DNA of 64,000 nucleotides from Toensbergia leucococca (lineage: Eukaryota). The notes beneath the pieces were generated by a model. The model was not told where the DNA came from. It ran no database searches and was given only the letters and a program-made list of their open reading frames with translations. The position numbers were made by a program, and so were the translations under genes. The stretch lies in NCBI GenBank assembly GCA_022813965.1, contig JALDZS010000042.1:1-64000 (forward strand). Direction: 5' to 3'. Shown one piece after another: positions 36,371-47,534 of this stretch; positions within the stretch are counted from its first letter, which is position 1, and each line of letters begins with the position of its first letter.

Positions 36371-36834
36371 TCTTGAATTCAAAGCAGTGATGAGTACAGA
36401 GAAGGGCGCTGCTGATTTCAGTGGATAACAGAACGAAGGTATTGGTAGATTGCATATTTACTTAAGCTAAAGGTCGTCAATGGGCTCAATGAGGCGAGTG
36501 CTGGATATTCTGTCCTCGACGTGGTTACCCATCTAAATGAACGTCACTCTTTCCAATGGCAGGAGAAAGCACATTTTTCACGACATTAGAGACAGTTTGG
36601 AACGGTAGTGAACGGCTTTCGTTGGTTGAACGCCTTGACGTCGAGAGCCTGCGAAGTGCGCGTTGAGCTACAGACGCCTGTAGAGAGGAATGCTAGAATA
36701 AGAAAAGGCGCTATGCAATGCGTTGAGGCAGCAATTTAAAGATTACATGGAAAGATCAATGGTCCCTCCAAACACTGAAACGCCTACGCGGTTCTGTATT
36801 TTGAACAACCTCCCTGACACAAGAAAACGTGAAA

Positions 36835-38487
36835 CTAGACTGGGAGAGGGAAAGTTCCGGCCCACATGGAGATCTCCTTCTTGAGCTCGCTGATCTCTGC
36901 GATTTCGCCGCTTGCAACCCTGGCCTTGAAGTCCTTTAATTTATTTGCGCTTTTTGGCAGTATCCCTTGGACGTCCTTGCAGATGCCGATGCAAGTATCT
37001 ATATAGCCTGCGATTCGCCGGAAATCGTCTTCACTCATGCCACGACTCGACATCGCTGGTGCGCCAATCCGAATTCCGCAGGGTGTCAACGCAGACTTAT
37101 CACCGGGTATAGAGTTCTTGTTGCACGCAATGTTGACTTGCTCGAGAACAGCCTCTACGCGCGCGCCATCTAATGACTTGGACCGAAGATCGAGCAACAC
37201 CATGTGGCTGTCAGTGCCATCTGCTACCAACTTGTAGCCTAGTCTCTTAAATTCTAGCTCAAGCGCCTTGGCGTTCTTTATGACTTGCTCCTGGTACTGC
37301 TTGAATTCTGGTGTCATAGCCTGCTTAAGAGCTACGGCAAGTGCAGTTATTGTGTGATTGTGAGGACCACCCTGATGGCCAGGGAAAACCGAGAAATTGA
37401 TGGGGCCTTCGAGGTCATAGAGCAATTCTTTGCCACTTTTGGGATCTGACTTTCTAACACCTTTACGGAAAAAGATCATAGCGCCTCGCGGACCACGTAA
37501 TGATTTGTGTGTGGTCGTAGTGACGATGTCCGCATATTCGAAAGGCGAAGGAATAACACCTGCTGCTATAAGTCCGGAAATATGAGCCATGTCCACAACT
37601 AGATATGCGCCGCATAGATCTGCGATCTCGCGCATGCGTTGATAGTCTATCAGCCGGCAATAGGCAGATGTGCCAGCAACCAGGACTTTGGGACGATACA
37701 TAAGAGCATTTTCCTCGAGTGTCTCATAGTCTATGATGCCGGTCTCAAGGTTTACTCGATATGGAAAGGTTTCAAAGTAAGTTGAAACGGCCGAGATCCT
37801 AGAGAAAGAGGGATTACTCAAAAATCCACTCGAACAAATACTTTTCAATAGACCTACTTTTTCTGCGAGGTCTGATAGCCGTGGCCTGGTTTTATTGAAA
37901 TCTTGTCAACGAAGATTCTCGATTTCAGGATAACTACCACACGCTAGTGGCAGGCTTACTTAGGTGACCACCGTGGGGTAAATCTAGTCCCATCAATCGG
38001 TCGTGTGGTTTCATGATAGCTTGATAAACCTGCAGGTTCGCAGGGCTTCCACTCAGACACTGAACGTTGACGCCCCACTTCTCGGCATCCAAGCCAAACG
38101 CTGTCAACGCGCGGGCCTGGCAAGTTAACTCGATGGCGTCGATGTGCTGATTACCCCCATAATACCGAGCGCCAGGATAGCCTTCTGAGTACTTGTTTGA
38201 CATGGGCGAACCCAGGGCATCGAATACAGCATGAGAGGTGAAATTTTCAGAGGCGATGAGGACGATGGATTCACGCTGCCGTTGGATCTCGAGTCTCTGA
38301 GTGGGAGATTAGACGCGAAGGTGGAATTGATGAATGATTGACAGACCATAATGTCTGCTATCTCGGGATCCGTCTCAACCAGGGTCTTCTGAAGAAGCTA
38401 TGGGCAATTAATCAGTCGTTGGCTTTTCTGCAGGTACATTACATGACATACGTCCTTGTGGGACTCTGTAAGAGCATATGTAGCCAT
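36835..38487 (-). CDS. SHM2: Cytosolic serine hydroxymethyltransferase, multi-exon
   Basis: [59 protein letters not shown] lysine motif [22 protein letters not shown]. No mitochondrial presequence. Confidence 0.97.
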
Positions 38488-38970
38488 GATGGTAACGGAA
38501 CGGAAAATGTAAAACTGTCGACAGCGTAGGTTTGATCAGTAGAAACAATTTTGCTGCTGATGGTTCTATATTGTTGGGAGGAGAAGTAGACTGGAAAATT
38601 TCTTGACCTCTCCGGAGGCACCTTCATTTGCCCCGGCGAGTCTACGTATCCCCGCCGCCCGGACTCCGCGAACCTGCAGGCTGATATAATAAACCATAGG
38701 TAGGGTCTTGCAGTTCTCCCGCAGAATTTTACAACACCATGAGTAGGAAGAAATGGCTGATACTTCTTGTCGCTCTATGAAACTTCATGCTTCCTGAATC
38801 GATTTTAAGAGATTTTGCATTGCCTGAACCATGAAACCTCCGGCCAGAGCAGAACATGGATCTGGTGCTTTACACGTAACGCCTTTGCAATGCTTAAAGA
38901 TCCATCCGCTCAGTTATGATGATACATGCCCATCAAGCTGACATCTAATTCAGGGGTATATTTTCTGTGA

Positions 38971-40024
38971 CTACGCAGGCTGCTCGTATGCTCTCTTGAC
39001 GATCCTTGCGAATTCTGATCATCTATTAGTAGGTGCACTCCCGGGTGCAGTACGAGATGATTTCGACTTACGGTCGAATTTGACATTCTCCCTTACAACG
39101 GTCCCTTTCGCCTCGTTCTCCTTGTTTATCGGGATTACCACAACTCCACCGCGCCCTCCTATTGACTCATCTATTCCCCAACCACATATATCTATGATGA
39201 ACCTTTCGAAATCTTGCCCGTGCAATTGTAGCCATCTTTCCAAAACGCTTCTCTCCACTTCTCGACAGCTCTGACCTACTGTGACGGCTATTCTCACCCT
39301 CATCAGTTCCTCAAACCCACTTACATCTGCAATCAAATCTGCGTAGAGGTCGTCACTATCGAGTGTGTTCCAGAAGCCCTTATAATTGGCCTGCGATAGC
39401 AAATCATTGAGCGTAGACAGCTTCTGTACAGCTTCGGAGAGTGGAGCATCGCCCGCTGCAGGTAGTGAAGATGATGTTGACGCGGGGTGGAGAATGTGAG
39501 ACGGTAGAAGGTGTAAGCAAAGCGAAAAGTCAGGCGATGGAAAAACGGTGAGGGCTTTGACGAGAATATTGGTAGTGGGTTCGTCGCGGGTAAGGTGAGG
39601 ATTAAATTGATACCTGATCGAGGTAGTCATATGTCTGGTTAGTGCCACGACCATTGATCTAGTAGTTTTTGATGCATGAAGGTAGGGAAAAAGGCAAAAA
39701 TTCAGATAGAGCTAATAAACTTGACTTCAGGAACAGGAGACTGATTCAAGGCCTCGCTGTTCAATCAGGTAATAGGAAACGTTATGATCTTAATCATCAT
39801 CACAATGGGAGGGGCAGGGTGGCTGATGGTGTGGCAGAGGAATAGCGGACTCACAATTTGAGTAAGGCTAGATTAGCATAGCAATCGTATGTCCTGTCTT
39901 CGCACTGCTGGGTCACATAATCCTGGAAAACGGTGGTTGTCTCAGGATTGTACCTGTCCAACCCATTCAATATTGCATCGATATGCTCAGGTCTATCGGG
40001 GGCCAAGTGAAATGCGATACCCAT
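38971..40024 (-). CDS. Translation initiation factor eIF3 subunit K, 3 exons
   Basis: [29 protein letters not shown]...[66 protein letters not shown]. Confidence 0.95.
39698..39806 (-). ncRNA. Intronic box C/D snoRNA, U44/SNORD44-like
   Basis: Lies in the unusually long (~240 nt) eIF3k intron 1, on the sense strand. C box GTGATGA (39803-39797); D box CTGA (39705-39702) preceded by guide TATTAGCTCTA, complementary to the conserved 18S motif TAGAGCTAATA. Confidence 0.85.
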
Positions 40025-40411
40025 GGCTGAAGTCGATGAGAAGGGGGTTTTCCAATGTGGTCGTAAAATTGATGAACGAGGGAGCGTGCGAAGCTAGGAA
40101 AATCTCCTCTGCTCCCACCCGCGGCGAGCGAGGCGAGAAAACTTCTAGAATCAAATGCCACTAGAGCCTCACCTTCGAAAAATATTTATGTCTGTTCTAC
40201 ACAAACAAGCCTTGTGTGAGGTAAGATTCCGCAAGCTTCATGTGTTGATTGAAGCAAATGTTCATTACACTCTACATCTTCTATTGCCTCAAATAATAGT
40301 CAAACTCCGTACTGGGTATCTTTGAACCAGAAAAGGAATCTAGGCCCGGGCTGAATATCCGCCAACGCGCATCAACAGTCAGCCCCTGGCTTGAAGACAT
40401 AACGAGATGTC

Positions 40412-42012
40412 TCATGCGACAACCTGCTGCATGTGGGGCATGGTGACTCCGCCGTAAAGTTTTGCTAAGGATCGGTCTATGGTCTGCGGTGCATGGTTGG
40501 GATCCGTAACCAACGGCCTCTCAGACTCCACATGCTTCCCATCCTCAACAGAACGAGCGCTGATATCAGCATGGCTTTCGTGGTGAAGAGAGCTACCCAT
40601 ACGTTGGACCTCAACCCTCATTCCACCAAAATGCCTCCCTAGAGCTTGCAGTAATGCAACAAAATCCGCATGTAGCTCAGCGAACACCAGATCGTTTCCC
40701 ACCATCTCTGCTAATCCCTTCGCTCTGACCTTGGTCGTGCCGTTGCGTCTAGGATATCCATCTGGATCCATTGTACGCCCCGTCAAAAAGGATGAAACGG
40801 GAGTGAAACCACTCCTTTCTCCTATACCAGTCTCAGGCACCCTTTCCTGCGAGATGGCATTCTCCGCACTAGCCATAATTGCTGCTGCAATACGTTCAAA
40901 AACGCGTAATATTAAAAGACTGGTTTTGAATGCACGTCCAGCATCCTGCCCAGCAAGTGCTAACAGGGCATAGTACCGTTGACGTCCTCGAGCATTCGGG
41001 TCTGGCAGCCTAAATTTATGAGCGATGGTGTACCCTGCTACAGGATCGCCGAAAATTAGTGGACCCGATGTAAGACCTCGGGGAAGCTGCTCGCAAGACA
41101 AAGTACGGATGCTGGCTCGTCGAAGAAGCGAATACGTATGAGGGTCCACGGGGCTAGAGGTCGTGACGTAGGTGACAGTGTGAGTATGACAAGAGGATGC
41201 TGACATGTCTGAGGGACAAGACTCAGGGGATGACTGTTGGAATTGGCCGTCCTCGTCCTCGTCCAAATCGGAAGGTTGGGAAATACAAGCATGGACTGCC
41301 TCCCTTGAGCGTAGTACAGGACTCCCGTTCCTGCCTTTCCCATCCTTCCGCGGACTACCTGGTGCGCCAGCAGGTAATTTGGAACTAATATCGTGAGGAA
41401 TACTGATGCGGCAGCTTACACAGCCATCCCCGTCCGCTGAACTAGGTATATTGTAAGGCTTTGGTCGCTGGTCTTCGGTGTCGCTATTGGCGTTATAGCG
41501 GCGAGCTCGCGAAGTCGTCGGGCTTACGTGCAAGTCGAAGTTCTTGCTCAAATAGTGGAGCGATTCCTCACAGCGAATCGTTGGATCGAAGGAATTTGTG
41601 TTCCGCGCCTGGAATCCTGCGGAGTTGGTAGAAACTTCACCTACAGCTGGTCGCGCCTTTGGTCTTCGGTCTTTATCCTCCTTGGATAGACATGAGCGAA
41701 TATCTCTTGCACCTAGGAGATCGGATGCAGAAGGATAGCATTCTTGGCATGAAAGTGGAAGGACCTGAGTACAGAGGATAGAGGTGGGGCCATCGACTTC
41801 GCAGAAATGCGCGAGAGAAAGCTATGAGTACGAACGAATGATCAGTGAATGTCTTGTTTCACGATGAAGATAATGGATAATGGAGAATAATGTGCTGTTT
41901 TCTAGCACTTTGTGCCATTCCCGAGATAACCAAGCTTCGTCTTGGTTCAACACACGCAGCCAAAGGAATTGTTGTTGTCTACCTAGCGCGGAGGACTCAC
42001 AATAGTATCCAT
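40412..42012 (-). CDS. LST7: Folliculin / Lst7 (Rag/Gtr GAP), join of 42012..42001 and 41821..40412
   Basis: MDTI|LSLAHFCEVDGPTSILCTQ; CVSC; LRRASIRTLSCE; FGDPVAGYTIAHKFRLPDPNARGRQRYYAL; KGLAEMVG..VFAELH..F. Confidence 0.92.
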
Positions 42013-42928
42013 GCTGACCCTAGTCACTTGCAATCACGAGGTGTCTCTCATTTGCCCTCCATCTAACGACAGATATTTTGCTCATCAATGGTGGTATGCC
42101 ACGTGAAAGTGAATCTTCAAGGTCCTCGACTAACGTTGTGTTTGGTGACAGCTTCCGCTGTTAAGGTTGTGTACTTAGGTCTAGCATTTAGGAGTACGTC
42201 GGGTTCGAAATTGATGGGAGGAAATTGGATTGGAAGGTATCTAATATGCTCGAATCTCGGCCTCACGAAATGCTCGTGTGCTCTCTTCTACCTCGACACG
42301 TGGGATGCGATTCGCGACAAAGGCCGGAAGTCGGAAGTTCTTTGTGTCAAAAGGAGGACTACCTCCTGTCGCATGGGATTGAAAGTAATGTCATCGGAGT
42401 CGCGAGTTAACACTCCTCAAATTACCGTCGCAACGGAAAATTCCGATTTAATTTGTGACGTTAAGTGTGTGGTGCTGACTATTGCAATGTTCGAAATCTG
42501 GGAGTTGCGGCAGCGAAATGCTGCAGCGCACCGACGAAGCTTATCCTTATCTCTTACCAATGAAATTCATGATGATTGAAATCAGCAGCATGGATCAATC
42601 CATGTGCAGCCCTCATTTCATGCCCTAAGGTACGTTAGGTCAAGGTACCTAGGTAGGTATTCGCATTCATACTGAGACGGGACTACCGTAGTGTAAGTAC
42701 ACTTGATTCTCTTAGGTAGGAGGAGCTCGTGGGAGTCAGCCTTTAAAATTCATTTTCTACTCTATTCTCATACTAATTGTCCGACTTCTGAGGCATTGGG
42801 GTATCTCCAAATTTCTTTACACTACGCCAAGTCAATGCTATCAAGATCAAGATCAAGACTGAGAACGTGAAGCATTCAGAGCCGCGTCAAGTGTCTGCCT
42901 TTTTGCTTGCGTCCCTTTGTAGGGGCCG

Positions 42929-45510
42929 TTAACTGCTTGTCTCGCCTCCAGTACTTGAGTCATCTCTGATGACATTTCTCTGGACTTTCCAGACCATGGT
43001 CCTTTTACTATTGGCTTCATTCCCTGCGACGGACTTCACCCAAGGTACCTGTTCAGCCCATTCGTGCACGTCACTCAATTTTGATTTTTTATGCGATTTT
43101 GGTGTCGCAATGGCAAAATCCTCTTGGTACGCCCAAGTGGGAGTGTCTAATTTCCCTCTGACTAGGACAATTTTTGGATTTCCTCGATGAAATTGTTGTA
43201 GCGTCTCTTGAGGAATCGGCGTAACTAACTGTATTGTCTTAGATTCTGGATGGATGCTGCGTACTAAAGCTTGGCCAAGAGAATGTGACTGGTAAGGGTC
43301 TGGGGGTCTGCAGATTCCTGTACTTGTAGCAAAGTAAGGAAGACCTTCTGCAGTCCGGGATATTGATGAAGAATCGAACCTCAAGTCTGATGATACTGGC
43401 CGTAGATCCGTTGTAGCATGATCGGCAGGAAAGTTTGCATAGTTTCGGCCCTTTTCGGGGTGGTAGGGTAACGCCAGAAGTCTTGAATCGTAGTCACTCG
43501 AACAATTTTGTTCTCGAGGGGCAGATGCATTCTGGGGACATGTGATCTGTCCCATCAAATCAAGCTGCATTCCTTCCGTACTATAGTATTTATCTTGTCT
43601 GTCCCTCCAAAGGTTACTCAGGCCTTCTTCTAAGACTACGAGCCCAACAATGGATCCTTCGAGAACATGAAAGAGAAAATCTGGATCTTGAGCTTCCCCA
43701 AGGATGAGAATGCCAAGCACTGCTTGCTCAGCACCCGCGTAACTCAAATCAAAGGATCTCATCTTGGTGATTGGAATAGCGTTCCAACGAAGGTTGCATA
43801 CCTCACTATCATCAAGATGAAAGTACGAGAGAGCCTGCATTGTTCGCAACTCTGCTGCAGTCCTGGTCATGTACGCCGAGGGTTGAGAAGTCAGAGTGTA
43901 GAAAAGCGTGCTCGATTTTCTCGCGGTGTCCTCCAATACTTCAACAACTTCCGTAGGTCCTGACGTGCTCATGTAGATGACTTCTGTTGGTTTCAATTTA
44001 TAGATCAGCTCCGTCAACACTTCAAGACCACTCCCCTGGATCCATCCAGAGCAATTGACAATCAGTGGACAGGATGGGTAAAGCGTCAACATCTGCCGAT
44101 ATTGAAACACAAGTTCGCTCGCACAATTTAGGAAGTGAACGGGATCATCTTTTGGAGACGTAGAACCTAGATGATGTGCTCTAACCGTTCGATTGCCCTG
44201 GCTAGGAGGTGGCACAGGGTGCGTGAAAGGGGCTCCGAAATTGCATGATCGAAGGTGCGTGAGGGATATCTCGCCAGGAGGTGAAAACTCCGGCTGACCC
44301 GGGTCTAGGTCTAACAGAGCTACGCCATCACTCCGTAATTGACTGTTAGACCGAGTGTAAGGGGGTGCCTTCGTGAGTATGTTATTCATTAGAATGCGAC
44401 TGAAAGTTGATTTGCCAGACCCTTTGGGGCCGCACACTATCATAGCTTTTACCCGTGTGGCTTCATTTGCCGATAGCTTGGCTATGGCCGAATCCCAATC
44501 GAGGGTGGTTACTATCAGCTGCAATGGACGCTTGGAAGGATCTTGCGCTGAAGAAATCAGCTGCCGACGTCGATAAGCTTCTGCGTATTTACAATAATCA
44601 CAATCAGACTCACTGCAGCGAAAGAGCGGTCCTCCCAGTCGGTTAAAAGAAGAGGTTGTAAAGCTCTGGTATGCTTGTCATTCCAGATGCGTGCAAACTT
44701 CGATGAGAGTTGACGTAGAAGTCGTATTCGGGAGTTACACGAGAAGATTGTGATATCTGCTGGCTGATGCTCTGGACCATACGGATTACGAGTGTATCGA
44801 ATTGAAGGAAGTGAATGAGTTGAAGGTGCATATACTCGATGTAGACTGGAGCTGGCATGCAGCACTGCACCTGAGATACTCACTGCGCCTCTATGAACCC
44901 AGAGGTCGTACTGGCCTACTAGGGTTACGACCTTTGTGAAACATCAGCGATGAATTCTCGAATGGGTAGTAGTTTGGAGTACCTTTTACGTACATCATTC
45001 TCCTGTAGGCGGACTGTCCATTCTGATTCTAAATCACGTAGAATGTTTTCCTGCGTGGGAACAAATACCGAGAGCTGTTGCACAGACACAAGGCTTGGTG
45101 CTATGAATTCATCGCCTGAACTACCACGAAATTTCTAGCGGCATTATTTAACAGGATTTCTAGATGGCCTACCTATTTAGGTTGCCTGTAGTATTATCAT
45201 TGTCTGATTCGGCTTCAGTGTCCTCTGATTCTTCAGGCTGCTGTAGAGAAGCCGAGCTTTTTGAGGTATAACGTACGTCGAAGATTCTTGGGCCTACGGC
45301 CTCTCCGAGTTTTCCGCTGCTAGAGATCTGCTGACTCTTGAGTAAGGTAGTGCTTTTGGTATTGGTATTCGCCTTCTGTCGTTTCAGCGGTCTAGGAAAG
45401 CTACTGCTCTTTTGACTAATTTTCGAAGAGGTGGTGTTATTTGCTGATTCATTAATGACGGTATTACACAAAGGCTCCTCCACGGCCTTTCTTGCTGCGA
45501 AAGCGCTCAT
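42929..45510 (-). CDS. GRC3: Polynucleotide 5'-hydroxyl kinase Grc3/Nol9, multi-exon; a short upstream exon is possible
   Basis: SAFAARK N-terminus; CGPKGSGKSTF; LLDLDPGQPEFSPPG; PLIVNCSGW; RTAAELRTMQALSYFH; LVRGKLDTP. Confidence 0.92.
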
Positions 45511-45905
45511 TGATCCTGTTCGCAGGTAAGTGGTCATATTGAGCGAGTTGCTCAAGGACACACATATGTTCTGAATATTTTAAAGAAATGTACAGAGTAT
45601 CACTGTTAGTAACGTGGTTCCGTGATTACCGGTAGTTCTATCATTAGTATGAGGGTAATAATATAGTGACACAATGGTCTACCTACCTATTCATCACCAA
45701 GATTTGGCTCTTCAAGGATAGATAGCCGAGCTAGCGAGGCATGATAGGTAAAAGGGTAGAATTTAGGGTTTAGAAGCGCGGCTCCAATAGTCGCCCGCCA
45801 TTCATCCATGGAACATGCTTCATTTGTGTGGAGTACACTGTACATAGGTACCTACCTATGCTTCTAACAATAACTTAACCTGTGACTCCAATACGCAAGA
45901 GCAGA

Positions 45906-47328
45906 ATGCCGGGTCTGAACCCGAAATTCGGGAGACCAGCACGAACTTCAAGATCGAGATCACCCAAGAACGTTCATATATCCAAATCCTACCCGCTCAG
46001 TGTAGAGTATATTGTTGAGTCCGATAGTGAAGAAATCGAGGACGTCAGCTCTGGTATTGCGGAGAGAACAGCCTCTATCAAAGGATTGGGTGTACGGCCC
46101 TCACCACAGACCCTGGTGCATCAAAGAAGTCCTACTCCTGCCGTTGGATCCAGCCATACAAGCTCCGATCCAATGTTCGGAAAGAAGAAGAAAACACCGA
46201 GTTCGGTTTCGAATCGTAACAGCAGCGAAATCCGATCTGTGGACAAGGGCGAAGGCAGTAGTAGTGAGAGTCCAAGCGAAAATGGGACCGGAAGTAGTGA
46301 TGATGTTGAGGTAGAAATGCAGACAGGAATATTGCAAGTGTATTTGACCTAATCAAAGCATTTCAAATCCGATCATACTAAAATTGGACAGGAATCATAC
46401 GCCATCTAAACCTTTGCAACCGTTACATCCTTACAAACCCCCCCATGGATTCGAAGTGGCGCCCACGGCTCTGTCACCCTCATCCAGACTTCAAGACATT
46501 TTTTCTCCGTCATATCTAGAAGGCAAGCAGCTTTGGCATATCACGATCCCCGCCTCGGTAGCTATCGAAACCCTCACCGAAGTATCCTTGCGAAGTGTTC
46601 GGCAAGAAGAAGCAGCGCTTTCTTATAAGGGCGTGGATTATGGCTTTGTCGAAGGCATAGGATTCGGCCAACCAGAGGAAAAGATTCTTGTTCTTGGGCC
46701 ACAAACCATTCGATACAGACCGATCAGGACTAAATTTGCGAGAACGTTGCGTCTCCAGCAAGTCGTGCATCTGTCTGGACGTCCATCTGGATCAAAAGGA
46801 GCCCAGACAGGCGCACAAAATGAGGTCAATCCACAGCGTACATACAAAAAGCTCGTGCGGCAGCAACCCGAAGGATTGAAGATGCGGTATCACCCGTTTG
46901 GAGACACAAGTGGTTCCAAGAATAGGGGAGTGTTAAATTCTGCAACATCTTCTGGTTCAGACGAGCGGAGAGATCGTGCATCCCAATTCCGCGTCCCAGT
47001 ATCCATGGATGCAATGCAACAGCAGAGAAAGAGGAAGCATGATAGGATCGATAGTGGGAGAAACGATCATATAGAGTCTTTGAACAAGCCGCAGAAGAAG
47101 AGGTCAAAGGTAATGGGTAACTCAATTGACGATGACACTAGAAGAATTGAGAATGCTCCGATTACAGCTTCATTGGCAACATCCGAGGAACCAAAGCATG
47201 AAAAGGAGCGGCACAAGGGGCTTGAGTCGATCAATGGTAAGCTTGAGCATAATATTGAAGCCAGTCACCGGGATGCACGACCACGAAAGGAGAAAAAACG
47301 TCGGAAAAAGGAAGTAAAAGCTGGCTAA
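45906..47328 (+). CDS. RPA34: RNA polymerase I subunit Rpa34.5 (one intron near 46340-46391)
   Basis: PYKPPHGF; LEGKQLWHITIPASV; RQQPEGLKMRYHPFG; Lys/Arg-rich tail. Confidence 0.85.
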
Positions 47329-47534
47329 GGGCACTTTGCACCACGGCTAGGTTGAGATTGATGTCGCAGAGCAGCATCGATCATTTATAAAGGATAGTCT
47401 TCGATATCAATTGCATCCGGGGGTAATGCATAAAGCATAGTTACAAGGCTCCCAGACACACAATTTCTGCCCACCATTATCACATTAACACCTTTGTATT
47501 GTTGTATCGTCGAGAGCTCTACTGAAGTTACTAA

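Noticed and set aside
42555..42570. Alternative LST7 first exon (ATG AAT TTC ATT G|gtaaga, MNFI)
   Set aside because: Its phase-1 donor is incompatible with the phase-0 acceptor at 41821. The MDTI exon at 42001-42012 fits.
42088..42579. 163-aa + strand ORF
   Set aside because: No recognisable family, atypical composition, and it overlaps the LST7 upstream region.
45761..45773. Telomere-like TTAGGG
   Set aside because: Single copy, expected by chance.
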